The notes: a model not told the origin generated them from the letters alone. A DNA stretch of 64,000 bases from Blastocystis sp. Blastoise (GCA_039096225.1 JBBPEB010000032.1:434001-498000); one strand, 5' to 3'. Shown: positions 1 to 20,329, counted from the first letter of the stretch. Numbers and translations: made by a program.

Positions 1-183
1 ACAAATATATAAATATAAAATATAATCATAATCTTAATAATAATATATATAATTACGAATAATTTGTTCATTAGAAATATTATTATTTGAGGGGTTTTGG
101 TTATGAATACAGGCACTTATATTGGATATACAGAAACGAATAGAACTCTATATATATGTATATATATATGCTGAAATATAAAC

Positions 184-240
<57 letters not shown>

Positions 241-634
241 TTTATATACCTTATGAAAATCAAAATCTTGTCGAAGTAAACGTGTGAATGAACATATTTC
301 AAACAATATATATAAGTATTCTAAGGGTAGTGAAGAAGGTACTGAAGGGTAGGGAGAAAGAAGAAGAGAAGGCTTATATAATAATAATAAATATAATAAT
401 AATATCAAATATAATAATAATAATACATATAATAATATATGCATACCTTAAGTAATGTATATAGTTCTTCTAGTTGTTCATCAGTAATAAATATTTTATG
501 TATATATTTATTTAGTAAATATCCACTTCTCTTCATAAGTCCTTTTTCTTGGCATTGTAAACCAAGTATATATATAGAGAAACAAACGTCATATGTATTC
601 TCCATTGAAGAAAGAAGATTTGTATATCTATAAC

Positions 635-699
<65 letters not shown>

Positions 700-857
700 A
701 TAGTAAATAATAATAAATGTGATAATAATTATAAGTCTATATTTACCTATATATAGTTTCTTCAAGAATAGAAATAACAAACACATGCTTATGGGCAGCA
801 TAATCGCGGTTATTCGAGAAACACATTAACATATTCACAACAAATGGACCCATAGAA

Positions 858-931
<74 letters not shown>

Positions 932-2228
932 AAAAAAGTAATGCAACCAATTTAGATATAATAATAAAAAAAAATAAAACAATAATAATAATAATAATAA
1001 TAAACATTATAATAATAATGCTATATACCCTTCAATGTTGAGTCTCCAAATACAGATATTAAATGATAAAGAGCTTCTATATATCTCCATGTATATTTCG
1101 AGTGATCCCCGCGGGGATCAGCAAGATTTTGTTGAAGTTGTTCTAAGAGTAATGTAACATAGCTACCTACTTTTGTAGGATTATTCTTTAATATAGTTTG
1201 TGCCAATTTATAAACTTTTGTTTGATAATCATATATATCAATGTTAAGAGATAAATCTTCAGATAAATCAAAATTTTCAGGGAACCTATATATATATATA
1301 ATATTATGTAGATTCTAATTGAATCAATAATAATTTAAATAAATAAAATAAAATAAAATAAAATAAAATAAAATAAAATAAAATAAAATAAAATAAAATA
1401 AAATAAAATAAAATAAAATAAAATAAAATAAAATAAAATAAAATAAAATAAAATAAAATAAATAATATATATATACATCATTTGTTGAATAATCGAGTCC
1501 ATGACAGAAGGGAGAAGAGATAGAGAAGGGAAGAGAGAGAGGAAATAAGGTTGTTCAATATGACTGCAATAATCGTGGAAATGAAGGAAAATTAATAAAG
1601 AACGAGTAGAATAGATTTAAAATAGAATAAAAATAGAATAGTATAAATATGAAAGGATATAATTAATATTTCAAGAACAGGGTATACACAGGGTGAGGGA
1701 TAAAATGTGACTTTCCCAAGGAAATCGAGAGATATAGAGAAATAAATAGAAAGAAGAGATGCAAGACGATTATCAGCCTGTATAATAAATGGAATAATAA
1801 ATATAATGATAAAATAATATTAATAAAAAAATAATAATGATAATAAGTAGAAAATAAAAATAATAAATAGAATAATAAAACATAATAATAAATAGCTATA
1901 TATAATATATACATCATTCTTAATAAATACATGAAATTGAGCCAGTTCATATCCAATAATATTAATCAGTTCCGCTAGAATAACAAGGAAGTCCATATCA
2001 ATATCTACAGGAGAAGAGAAAGAAAGAGAAGGAGAGAGAGTAGTATATATAGAAGGTAAGAAGTTAAAGAAGAAGAGATAGTTGTATATATAGAAGGAGA
2101 GAAATAAATGTATTAAATATAATAATAAAATATAGAATAATAATAATAATAATAATATATAAAAGATATATATTGAGTAGAATGAGACAGTTAATCTTAT
2201 CATCTAGACTCATACCTTTATCAATTAT
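1..2228 (-). CDS. XPOT: Exportin-T (Xpo-t/Los1) tRNA export receptor; multi-exon, runs off the left edge; N-terminal ~250 aa not found
   Basis: Hand-spliced exons match exportin-T motifs in order: IIDKGMSLDDKIN (cf. VVNKGMDPVDK), DMDFLVILAELINIIGYEL, TWRYIEALYHLISVFGD, HVFVISILEETIYRY, GLQCQEKGLMKRSGYLL, YILFEICSF. Confidence 0.75.
1575..1660 (-). other. U12-type AT-AC intron in XPOT
   Basis: Perfect donor ATATCCTTT and a ...TTCCTTCATTTCCAC end. Phase-0 removal restores the frame EILI|DYCSHIEQ, which aligns to CYDYLHILKQ of exportin-T. Confidence 0.8.
2043..2169 (-). other. Probable U12-type AT-AC intron in XPOT
   Basis: Donor ATATCTTTT, branch-like TTCTTTAAC, acceptor TAC. It keeps KGM..DK in frame with DMDFL at the expected spacing. 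GT-AG alternatives delete conserved residues. The exact AC could shift by 3 nt. Confidence 0.6.
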
Positions 2229-2261
2229 CTATATATAATAATAATAATAATAATAATATAC

Positions 2262-2960
2262 TATAGCTATCATCAACTTTATTTATTGAATATATTATAA
2301 AAGTCTTCACAAAAGCCATTAATAAAATGAGATGAATTCGATATATATAAGTCAAAATATTTATGGTAATTCTGTAATATTCATAGACATATACAGAACA
2401 GACTCTATATATACATATAAAAAATAATATGTATACTAAGTATAATAATAATTTAAGAAATAGGTATAATGATAATAATATATATACAATCATTTCACTA
2501 TTATTACAATCTAAATAACACCCCAATTGTGATTTAGTAATACAGAAAGAACGGTTTCTAACAAACTATGTTAATAATAAAAAATATAATAATAGTAATA
2601 ATATACAGTTTATTAACCTTCAACAAATAGTGCTTTATTCACGATTATATATAGAAGAATTGAAAAAGAGACATACCTATAGAATAAGGACAGTAATTAA
2701 GGAGACTATATATATATTAAGAGTAACTATTATATTTATATAAATAATATTATAATAAATAAAAGAATACATAATAATAATATAATCTATATCTTCATTT
2801 ATTGTGTTCATTAACGAATATTCTTTATGATAATAGTGTTCATTTTAAAGCTCTTTCTGTAAGTGACATTAATTGTTTTTGTATAGATATATAGAATAAG
2901 GAATACTATCAAGAGACTAAGTATAAGAAAATTGAGAAGACAAAGAAGGTATTGAAATAC
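2262..2960 (-). pseudogene. Degenerate exon-like remnants between XPOT and the transposase 3' end
   Basis: Blocks are flanked by GTATAT donors and TATAG acceptors, but no splicing solution gave a stop-free frame joining the XPOT exon at 2228. Confidence 0.35.
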
Positions 2961-3219
2961 TATTTATAAAGATACTAAAGATTATGATTATAATAAAGAT
3001 GATAATGATATATATATACAGAATATATTGTTTATTTTTATATAATGAATTAAATATAGTAGTAATAGAAGCAGATTCAGTATGTATTTTAATATATATT
3101 TTAATACATTTGTAAACTATAGAATAGCAATAATAAATGATTATTGAAACGTAAATTACTTTATATATAACTGAATTCGATATTGTAAAAGACAAAAAAA
3201 TATCATAAGACGTAGAAGG

Positions 3220-7827
<4,608 letters not shown>

Positions 7828-7958
7828 GATGAAATAAGTTGCAATTAATTATTGATAAGCAAATAATAAGATGTTTAAAAGATTTTAAAAAAGTCTCTAT
7901 TCATGGGAATAAATTTTTGTTTTGGAATAAAAAGTTGTTTTGGTAAACCTACACCAGA

Positions 7959-8932
7959 ATGAGCCAGAATGATAAATTATTTGAAGGTATATACAGTCAA
8001 GATTAGATAGTATAGTATTAGATGTGATTCGTCTAAGAAAATGCTATTTTCCAAGTCAATCAGTGAATACGTCGCAATTCTTAACTGATAATCAAGATAT
8101 TATCCTAGTTTCTGATGAAATAGAGGCTCAAGTGAAGCATATTCTATCAAATATGTTATCAAAAATATCCGTGAATTATAATTGTTGTCCACTTCAGACT
8201 AATTATATGAATATTATGTTAGAAGAAACAATAAATAAAATAGTATTTGCATATTCAGGAAAGATTGTTGATAAGTGTGTTCCAAAAAATGCTAAGTTAT
8301 ATTGTGATAAATTATGTGAGTATGTTCCTGCATCTACTAGGACCCATTATTCCAATTGGTTTGGAATCGAAAGAAAAAATGGGAAAAATCAATACGTATC
8401 AATTGAGAATAATGATGAAAACCTAGTGTGTTTGTCGAGCTTTATTTCTAAAAAACTTTGTCCAAATCGATGTGTGTATTATGATTTTGAATCAATTAAT
8501 TCAATCATAAAATCTTATATTAGCGACAAAAGAAAAAATGGTAATTTACAGAAACTCCTTGGTTTTAAAGTATTATATATATATTCAATTTATTATTATT
8601 TTTTCAATACTCATGTGTTGTATTATTATGTTTATTATATTCTTTATATCTATATAAATTATATATATATATATTTTTATTTATTGATATATAATTTATT
8701 TTATTTTCAGGAAATAAAAGATAATGATCTTATAAATAATGCTTCTATATCGGAGAAGCCTTTTTTAAAGGAATTTGAATGGATAATTAATGGAAAAGAA
8801 ATTCCAATTATGAAGATGATGGATAAGAAAGATGTGGAACATATTTATACTTTAGATGATGAATTATTTAAGGAAAATGACTTATCGAGGGAATTTACCC
8901 ATCATATGACTGTTTTTATGTATATATGTATA

Positions 8933-8978
<46 letters not shown>

Positions 8979-8984
8979 GTTATG

Positions 8985-9031
<47 letters not shown>

Positions 9032-9336
9032 TATTATTATTATTATTATTATTACATAGGCAAAATCCTAAAAACATATTCCCTTTTTTTGAAACAAATA
9101 CTCCTGCACAAAATGGCACAAAGATATGTATGTATCTTGATATACAACGACATGAATCAGATATATCATCTAATAATGAACAAACTAACAAAGATGTTGT
9201 GAATTCTGACGATACTGTGTTACTCAATGATGTTTCCTTAGATAGTGATATGAATATAGTAGTTGACCCTAAGAATAAGAATGAACGAAAAAAATCTAAA
9301 CGATCTGTAACAAAGAAGAAACGGAATAACAATTGA
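7959..9336 (+). CDS. Transposon accessory ORF2 (TnpA-like position), unknown function, 4 exons, basic C-terminus
   Basis: ATG at 7959. Exons 7959-7986, 8022-8569, 8711-8912 and 9060-9336 join in frame. It is head-to-head with the transposase and has an NLS-like KKSKRSVTKKKR tail. Confidence 0.6.
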
Positions 9337-10501
9337 TGTGCTTAATCTTCTTATCTTGACTGCTTATATATATATATTTATATTCATATTAACAACTTTT
9401 TATCTCATTCTTTTCATTTAGCATTTGTTATTAATTATATATATATATATATATTAATATCTCTTCTTAGTCCACTCTTTATTTATAGTATTGAAAATTT
9501 ACAACTTCTGATTATGAAAAAAAATATTTATTATAAATTGATTTATTGATAAAACTATTAATTATGTTTGTTTGTATCGTTTAGAATTAAGAAGAACTTG
9601 CGTATAGAGTTTCATTCATTAACTTTAAAAAGAAGAATAAAAGGAAAAAATGTTAATTTGTTTAAAATATTATTTTGATATTCTTAAATAAAGTACTCAT
9701 ACAATGTGCCTACTAAGCATTCTGCATGCAGTCAACAGCACATTATTCAACAAAAAGATAATTAACAAAATGTTGACATCATCGTAATATTATTTTTCAT
9801 TTTATTTAAGGCTCTTCTAACTGTCCTCATCAAAATAAACACAGTAGACATCCATATTCAACAAATTAATACAATATTTTTCCATCGTCATTAACTAGTT
9901 ATTTTCAGAACATTTTTAAGTCAGTTACACATATCATCGACTCTCCAAACAATGTATATTATTCGAATTTAAAATTATATACTCTAATACAAAATATTTA
10001 TAAAAAAGAATTGTTGTGTTTGCTTTTTATAAAAAAAATACACAAAATGAGTATCAAGCGCCACTTGGTGGTCAGAAAGTCGAGGTAAAAAAGGATTTAA
10101 GAGCGTGTTCATTTTTTTTGGCGCTTAGGGGTACCACCAAATGGGGCTACACGGGAAAAACCTGCCTACAGGTGTTTCCTAAGATTTTTATTTTAATTAT
10201 AATATATAACAAAACTATAAATAATACAATCAAAGATTCAATACATTATAACTTGAATAAGAAGAGCTATTATAAATATGATAAAAAATATGCAAGAAAA
10301 AAAAGAATATTTTATTTGAAAGATAATAAAAAGTGACTATAAAGAAGATAAACAAATTTGCTACATATATATAAAAGACTTAATGAATATCATTATTTTT
10401 TTTAAACTTTTAATGAGAAAAAAAAAGTTCTCTATAATAGAAAAAAACATATACTTTTGTGAATATAAGTTAGATAATGTGAAACTAATATTAACACATT
10501 T

Positions 10502-11067
10502 TAATTTGCGCTAGAAACATAAGGTCTTTGAGCATCATCAATAAACTGCTTAAAAACACGATAAAACGTAGGAAGATCAGGATTTGCATCAAGTTCTTCT
10601 TGAGGAATGGTGTCATTATCAGCTAAATCCTATAAAAACACAATATTTATAATTAATGACTTTATCACAAAATAATTATATATTTTCATATATATGGATA
10701 TAAATTTAATACTTGTATTTCTTCATAACCTCCAATAAAAACATAAATACACGGTTTGACTTCAATGAAAACTTGCGGATAGTCTGTTCGTTCTATAAGA
10801 ACGAAAATAAATATCATGTACATTATAGCAATAATATTAATAAGTATAAAAAGTTGACATACGAGAAATTTTAAACAATCGCTTTCTAAACATTAAACAA
10901 TTATCATCTGTTCCATTATATTCTGTGATTTCAAACCCTTTCGCTTTAAATAAGGCCTTTATATATGTTAAAGACGAGAAATAATGACATACTCGCAATT
11001 TATCTTGTTTCGCTACAGAATTTTGATTGATGTATGTTACTAGCATAAAGCAACTTAGATGGCGCAT
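10502..11067 (-). CDS. SH3BGR/glutaredoxin-like protein, 3 exons
   Basis: Spliced product contains RKRLFKISQRTDYPQVFI and FIGGYEEIQDLAD, a thioredoxin-fold Grx signature without CxxC. Confidence 0.7.
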
Positions 11068-11498
11068 ATTTTTTATGAATAAAACTTAACTATTTAATAA
11101 AACACACTTTACAATTTAAAAAAGATATTATGGAAACTTCTGATTCTTTAACTTATGAAACAATTATATTCGTGTTTGTTTCTAAAGAACAGAAACAACA
11201 TTTCAATTTTAAAAAGAAACATATTAAGATTAGGATATTATTACTGCTTAACTTAATTAATTAATAAGTCACAAAGTGTATATAAGCTTCATCAAAATGA
11301 AAAATCATGTTAAAAATGAGAATATTAATAGATTATTTGACAACAAATACTGTGTTTGACTTGTAAATTCCATGTATATGGACTTGATAAATAAGAATTA
11401 TAAAACAAAGCAAAAAATGATATACAGCCATTAAAAAAGAAATGAATCCAAAAAATGATAATTATGATAAATATATAGAAATATTAATAAAATGAGAT

Positions 11499-11920
11499 TT
11501 AGCTCCAGACCTTAACAGCTCCATCACGGCCAGCAGTAACCATAAAGTGATGAGGTCTAGTAATTACAGCAACATCTATAAATAAAAAATGTAAAAAAAT
11601 AATAGAATATAAAGGTAGAATAATAATTTGGAATACAAACAATATTTGATAAGAAAAAATACCTTGAATAGAGCTAAGATGGTCATGATTTTCATTAGAA
11701 GGTAAATTGAAATCAGAGCGACTAATTTTAATATTTTGTTCATCACAGAAAATTGTCTTATTTGTTAAACTATATTTATGATCTCTAGCTGCCATAGTTG
11801 TTCCAACAACAGTATAAGAATTCTGAACATTTTCTAAATCCCAAAGTCTTATGGTACGATCACTACCTGCTGATAATATATAATCTTTCTTCCCTATAGA
11901 TATTTATATAATAATAATAA

Positions 11921-11993
<73 letters not shown>

Positions 11994-12109
11994 AAGAATA
12001 ACTAAGGGAGAATAATGAATTAATGCTATTTTTATAGACATTCACAAAGAGAGGAGATTTATCAGTATATGATTGCACAATATGCTATATAATTAATAAT
12101 AATAATTTG

Positions 12110-12173
<64 letters not shown>

Positions 12174-13291
12174 GTATATATACTGAGGGATCCACACGAC
12201 GCATAAGGTAGTTATCATCCGTTACATTATGTTCCTCATCCGTTAAGACACACAAACGTTTGATTAGTTTAGTTTGATCTAAATCCCAACATTCAACGTA
12301 ATTCTTACCATTCAAACACCATATGTAAGGATCAGGAGTTGTATTACTATATATATATATATATATAGTTATTATTATTAAATAGAGATTCAAATGAATA
12401 ATTACTATTATATTTAATAATAAATATAATAATAATAAATATAATAATAATAAATATATGATTATTTACTCATAGTTATGAGATGTATATAACTTTGTGA
12501 TACTACAATTAGAAGGATGTTTCCAGCAGTTAGTAAAGAGCGGGAAACGAAGATCAAGGAGGGATATATAACCCAGAGAAGTTCCTATCAAAACACCACT
12601 ATTATTACTACCTATAATAATAATTTGATTAATAATAGAATGAGCAATAACATAATACTAATAATAAGTATAATAATAATAATAATAAAATAAATAAAAT
12701 ATTAAAAAATATAATAATAATAATAAATAAAAACATAATAATAATACCTATAATAAATATAATAATAATAATAAGCATAATAATAAGTATAATAATAATA
12801 ATATACACATGGAGATTGAGGTAGAACAACCAAGTTTTGGAGATATATTAACATAATTAATATGACTATTACTTCTTATATCATACATATATATATCTCC
12901 ATTCTTACTGGTATATAATACATTTGAATTGAAATTACTATTATAATGAGTCACACAAGATAACTATATATTAATATAATAATAATAAGTATAATAATAA
13001 TAAGTATAATAATAATAATATATATATACGGATATATCTGAAATCTTCTTATTTAAAATAACAGAAGAAGGAGTATTGTTGAATATATCTGATCTCACGA
13101 TATGTAAATGACTGTCTTTCGTAACGGCAACGAACGTACGACTGTTGTCACAAACCGTTAAATCATTCACTTCGCTATGAGTATTATATTGGCCATCATG
13201 AGTTAAATCTGATTTTGTTCCTAAGCCTTTTGTTTGATAATAATAGATCATACCACTCTCACTAGATGTCAGGAAATAGAGAGAATCCTAT

Positions 13292-13377
<86 letters not shown>

Positions 13378-15185
13378 TACTTTAGAAATAGCAATTTTAT
13401 TTATAGGTTTCTGATCTGCATTATGTGTATATAAACAACTTCCTTGAGGACGATATTCACCTATATATATATATATATATATATATAAATACTATTATGT
13501 AGAATAATAATACTAATAATAAATATTATATATATATATATACGATCCTTTAAAATACTTTCATCTGTAATTCTATATATAATAAAAAAATAATAATAAA
13601 AAAAAGTATATATATATATACTTGAATGATGTTCCATCAGGATTTACAAGACCCCCAAGAGAAGGGGGACAAGGAGGTAATTGTAACGTATTTAATAATG
13701 TCTATATATTAGTATAATAAATATAATCATAAATAAAAGTATATATAATAATAACTATACTAACAAACAAACTTTTATATATAATAAACATAATAATATA
13801 ATCTCTATACTTTATATTCTACAAAATCTTCAATTGTCATAGTATTAAACTTTAATCTTGTATATACATTTACATTTGGTTCACCTGTATGAACAGTATC
13901 TAATCCATAATAATAAACTAACTTTTCTAATTCTCCATTATTATTACTATTATCTCTATTTAATAAGTCTACAATCTTCGAAGTAGGTATTTCAATAAAA
14001 GAAGGTAAATACCCATTTCTTATACTTTCTTCATCAAAAGCACTAGGTATATATTTAGTACTTTGTAAACTAGTTTGTAAGTTCACTACACTACTTGCTC
14101 TAATACGAGGATAAGAGAAAGAACTATGATTTCGTGTAGGCTCTTGTAAATGCTTCTTCTTTAAAGATTCCGTTATATATAAAGATAATAATGATTTCTT
14201 TGTTTCTAAATCTAATTCCATTGTCGATAAATAAGGAATTGATACTATATATATAATATTATTATTATTTATTTATCATTATTATTGATAAAAATAGTAT
14301 ATATAATAAATGATTTGATAATATATTTATATATACTGGATGAATGTCGACTATATAGTTCTCTTCCATTTTTAATATCGACGCAGAGTTCGTCATAAAC
14401 ATAAGCACTAACAGGAGATTGTAAATAAGATACTAAATAATCTTTTTCCCACGGGATTGTAAATAAATTAATTGTAAAATAACTTTGTAATATACCTGCT
14501 AATAACACTTGTATTTCAGGTTCTTGAACGATTGTAGTGAAACAACAAATAGTATCTAATACTTCGTTACGTAAATATTCACGGGGATGAAGCAATAAAG
14601 GACACTATAATAAATATAATAAATAAAATAATAAATAAAATAATAAATAAAATAATAAATATAATAATAAATATAATAATAAATATAATAATAAATATAA
14701 TAATAAACATAATAATAAATATAATAATAAATATAGAATTACTATTTTAACAACAACATCTTGAACTTGTGTAACGGTAAGATATTTGTGTTTCGCCATA
14801 TATTGTACACATTTAAGTACATAGTAAATGACGATCTCGTTGTCATCATAAAGTGTTTCTGAAAGCCATTCGACGATAGTAGAAGATATAACAGAATAAG
14901 AAAAGAAAGAAAGAATAGACTATATATATAATAATAAATTTAAAAAAAAAATGTATATAAATAATATTTATGTATTTATAAAATAATAATATATAGTTAT
15001 ATAATAATAATAATAATAATAATATATATATATATATATACAGGAAGCATTCTCATGAATATTGCTCTTACATAAGGATCTCTGTCATTAAAGAAAGTAG
15101 ATAACATGGTTAAAATAGATAAACTCTCTTTAGGGAAGAGGGAAAGAAGCGCGGGCAAGTTCTGAAGAGTTGTACAACGTACCTT

Positions 15186-15242
<57 letters not shown>

Positions 15243-15250
15243 TATCTCAG

Positions 15251-15281
<31 letters not shown>

Positions 15282-15739
15282 CTATAGAGTCTTGAAGTCC
15301 TGATTCAGCTAAGAATTTATTGATATAATTATCTAATTCCATTTGAATACGATATAAATATTCATCATATGTTGTTTCTTCTTTATCATTTTTCTTGGCT
15401 GCAGAAACTTTTTTATTAACGAAACACAAATCAAGGAATCGTTTGCCGCTCTTAAAAATGGAGGGAAGAGATTCAGCGAGAGCTAATCGAACAGTTACAT
15501 TACTATATATGAATATATAAAGAATGAATAATTTATATAAATATTATAATCATAAACATAATAATAAATAGAATAAATAGAATACGAGTATAATAATAGG
15601 ATATAATAATATATATATATATATATACGTATCTTGTAGTAAAGGAGAGAGACAAGGTAGGATATATTCAGTAAATAAATGTTCATCACTTTCAGGAAGG
15701 ATAGAAATGGAATTAAGAACAAATGTAATAGCATGTACC

Positions 15740-15781
<42 letters not shown>

Positions 15782-16872
15782 AAAGAAAAGAGAATAAGGA
15801 ATAGAAGAAGAATAGAGATACGGTTACTTATTAATACATATAATACATATAATAATATATACAGCAGCTTTAACAGTGGGAGTTTCGTCCTGTTTCAAAA
15901 GCGTTATAAGATACGGTAAGATACGTTGTAACAGAATATCTTCTGAAAGATACTTGGAAATCTCTGTAAGTAATAATATTCCAACGAATTTAGAATAAGG
16001 AACAGAAACGTTTCGAATAGAACTGGTTAAGATGGAAAGAATTAATAATGTTTCTGAATCTTCTAAACGAGGGGTAGTATTACTTGAAGAGCACGTGACT
16101 GGAATAGTTTCTCCAGTTTCCCCTTCTTTCATTTGCATTGTTTCGTAACGTTCTGAATGTGTCTGAATTTGAGATACAATTCCCTTTAATTTCTCAAGAA
16201 CACTATTAATATCTCCAGTTTCTCCACTTGTTTCTTGTATACAATTCTCTCGTGTTTTCACGCGATTGCGTTCTATTGGCTTAGGAGAGGGAATTGTAAC
16301 GCCTTTATAAACAGAATTTAACGTATGTTCTAATTCCTTAGCTATTTTATCAAAACTAGCACAATGATCTTTATCTGTACAATGGAATTGATCTATATAT
16401 ATATATAAATATATATATGTATATATATATTAAAATAAGAATCAAAAATACTTTTTAATATAGATGAAAAGTCTTTTGCGATCCTAAGAATACGCTGATC
16501 CCCCGTGGTTATTTCTTCATCAATAGCCTTCAGGAAAAGAGGATAATAATAAGAATCGAAAGAAGAAGGGAATATACTATCGTCACCCGTATATTTCTCA
16601 AGATATCTATATATATAATAAGTATATATGTATATATATATATATACTGTGATGCAGTGAGACGTTCTTCAGGATTTCTACTTATCATACTTAATATCAT
16701 TTCCTATATATAATAATAATAATAACAATAATAATAATAATAATAATAATAATATATACTTCTAAAAGAGGGTTTTGAAGCTTTTTAATCGCGGGAATCG
16801 GATCATATTCACCGTCACGGTATTTCATAAGGGCATTCAAATCAAATAACGGTTGAGACTTTAAAGATAGGG

Positions 16873-16919
<47 letters not shown>

Positions 16920-16973
16920 TTCGAAGAATAATTCAAATAAAACACATCCCAAACTAAATATATCCATACTCTC

Positions 16974-17033
<60 letters not shown>

Positions 17034-17083
17034 TTAAGAGGTAAATCTCTACCCGGAGGAATTGAAAAGTCTTTTTTACCATC

Positions 17084-17115
<32 letters not shown>

Positions 17116-17175
17116 CTTGTAACAGTTGCATCATCGGTTGAAGCCACAGTATTTGATTAAAGAAATATATAATAA

Positions 17176-17208
<33 letters not shown>

Positions 17209-17423
17209 TCTAAAGATATGGTGATTTTATAACTTCCTTTACAATACGTTCTGGCGCCAAATAACAGAGTTCCCGCCCTTGGGACTCAAAGAAATATGTA
17301 AAACGAGCTATTTATGTAATATAAATATAAATATAAATATATATATATATATACCAAAAGTATTTCCATCTTCTGCCAAATAAGTAGGTTTAAAATAACC
17401 AAAATCACTATATATATATATAG

Positions 17424-17454
<31 letters not shown>

Positions 17455-18179
17455 AATAAATATATATACGTTAAAAGAACCCAACCCCAAGAAGTGACCA
17501 TGAAATTTTCACATTTTATATCCCCGTGGGAAAATCCGGATTTATGTAATTGTTCTACAGCCTATAAATAAATGAATATATATACATAAATATAATAAAA
17601 TAATAATATTATTTCATACTTTAATGCATTGATAAGCATACCATTTCTTTTCAATAGGTGTTAAGAATGGATGAGTACTATATAAAGATACACAATAATC
17701 ATAAATATATATATATATATATATATACCTAAGACGATCATAAAGATTTGAATAAAAGAATTGACGAATAACAAATGCATAAGAGGAATCATTAAATGCA
17801 AATGATTTCTAGATTAATTGAATAATAAAAAGAATATATATATATATATATATAACAAATACATAGAGGGGAGCAAGATTTGGAAAGTCTTTAGGATTGA
17901 TTTTATTTCGAACATAATTTAAATATTCTTGATGTTCATGAAGGTCAAGTGACTTGTCAGTCTTCTTATATACCTTAACTAAAACAAAACCATGTTCACT
18001 TTTACATTGAGCAGATTTCATGAACTTTCCATTTCCGATAGGTTTCTATATATATTTCAATGTATATTGACAATATAAAATTCAATAAAATAGGATACCA
18101 TATCGGTTAAAAAGGATAATTCATTGAGACTTGTTTGAATATCCAATTGCTCAGATGGTCTATATAAAGTATTACCCAT
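11499..18179 (-). CDS. VPS15: Vps15 / PI3K regulatory subunit 4 (kinase, HEAT repeats, WD40), >20 exons
   Basis: MGN myristoylation start; [23 protein letters not shown]; HGDIKCENF; [10 protein letters not shown]; CYLAPER; LQRILPY; YRPQG; [12 protein letters not shown]; [12 protein letters not shown]. Confidence 0.93.
17149..17219 (-). other. U12-type AT-AC intron in VPS15
   Basis: Donor ATATCTTTA, branch TTCTTTAAT followed by CAAATAC. No AG precedes the next exon, and the phase-2 join is in frame (KSP|VASTDD). Confidence 0.8.
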
Positions 18180-18633
18180 TCTCTTTTAATAAAAAAAATT
18201 GTATTTATATCTTATTAATTAATAGGATACGAATGAAGATAATAAATGAAAAAGAAATCTTTTTGGCCAAATAACACGCTGTCCCGTGGGAATTTCTATT
18301 GTTTGCAAGGAAATAAAGATATTTTCATAAAATTAGAAATGATGGATATTTTTTTAGACATGTTTATACATTATATGTATAATGCTTGCATTAAAGTGTC
18401 TTTCCTGTCTAAGAAGGAATTGGGTTATAATGAAATGAAAACATTTGATTAAATGAAGACAATTGAATAAGTGATTATTTTAAACTGTTGAGAATAAAAA
18501 AATAAACTAATGAGCAAACTAGAAAAACTATTAGAATAAGAAAATTTTAGAAAGTCAATAAAAAAATATAAAAAAAAGACAGTGATTTGTTCAATCATAA
18601 GAAATTTTGTGTGTAGATGTAACTGAAGGATAA

Positions 18634-19074
18634 TTATTCACTAAATTCTTCGTCACTATTATCTCTATTCATATCTATATATTTTATTAATTAGATATAT
18701 TAAGAATAAAATGGGAAATCAAAAAGAAATTGAAAAATACTCTCTCCTCGTCTCATCATAAGGAAGTAATTTTGTACTTGTTGAGGCATAGTTGCTTTTG
18801 GTTGAATAAAATTTGATTTTTCATCTTGATTACTTTAGAGATTTATGAATAGAAATAAATATATTCTTATAGAGATATAATTATATACTTATTATTCATA
18901 GGGGAAGAATGTTTTAGTTTTGATTTATCAAATTGACGAATCGATTGTAATAAATCATTTCTGCTATAATATATATAAAGTTATAAATTATATACATTAA
19001 AAAATATATATAATAATTATTTTATATATTGATATGAATATATATACTTTCCTGACATAGGTAAAGGTTGTGAG

Positions 19075-19105
<31 letters not shown>

Positions 19106-20329
19106 ATTGTGGTGTAACTGCTGGTATTTCTGGAAATGGTATATTATTATTATTCTTACTCATAATATCTCTAGTGCTACCAGGCAACACATTTGATTCT
19201 TTTGTTTCAACTTTACTTAATTTCTTCATATCAAAGGAATGTATTGATTTCATAAGGCTATTATAGTATTATTATTATTATTATATATATATATATACTC
19301 ATTAGTTAATGGACCTTGTGATTTCGTTGATTCTGGTAATATATATATATATAATTAATTAAATTTATTAATATATATATACTAGTATTATTAATCTCTG
19401 GATATTTTGGAGGGAAAATTGGTTTATTCATATTTGATTTATTATTATTATTATTATCTTTAATAACTTGAGATTCCTATATATATGATAGTATATATAT
19501 AAATATAAATGTATATAATATGCCTTTGGTTTATTTTTCGTTAGGAATACAGGTGGCTTTGGTAACCATCGTTTGGGTTTATTATTTGACGATACAGAAG
19601 ATGATGTTGATGCTATAGAAAATATGTAGATGTATAGAAGCATATATAGAAGCATAATTATAAGCATAAATATAAGTATATTTATATATTAAAATAATAA
19701 TAAGAAAAAAATAATAGACTGTATCATGTTAAAAGATATTAAATTATAAATGTATATCAATAGAATAATAAGCACAACTTATAAAATAATAATATATACA
19801 TATACATATATATATATACTAGAGTTATTATTAACTTGAGTATTGAAATTAGCTGGAGGAAGTGGTTTTGATATATAATTACTATTTATATGTGATGTAG
19901 ACAGAGTTAGAGGAACAGGAACAGATTCTCCTCTTGGCCTATTCTGATTGGCTAATTCGAAAGGACGCGGGGGGGATGGTAACGGTGGTTTTAATGGAAA
20001 CTCACTAGTTTTATTATTATTAATATTATTAGTATTATTATTGGTATTAATAGTATTACTATTAGTATTAACCAATCCGTTAGGAAGTGATTGTCGTCTA
20101 GTATTTATAGTATTTGATTGTATAGACGGTTTATTAATAGGAGATACAGATGTTTGCTGAGGGAATGGAGTAGTAGATGAAGGAGGAGTAGGAAAAGAGG
20201 AAGGAATTGACATAGGGAATTGGGATGGAGAAGGAATATGTGTATTTATAGATGATATAGATTTTATTGTGGATGACATATTATTATTATTATTATTATT
20301 ATTATCTGAGATATTATTATTATCTGAGA

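Noticed and set aside
10016-10336. 106-aa ORF
   Set aside because: It spans the putative transposon terminus and flank, has a GTG start, and shows no recognisable protein features.
19477-19523. Possible GC-AG intron in the WASP-like gene
   Set aside because: An in-phase canonical GTATTC donor lies just upstream, so the GC donor is not required.
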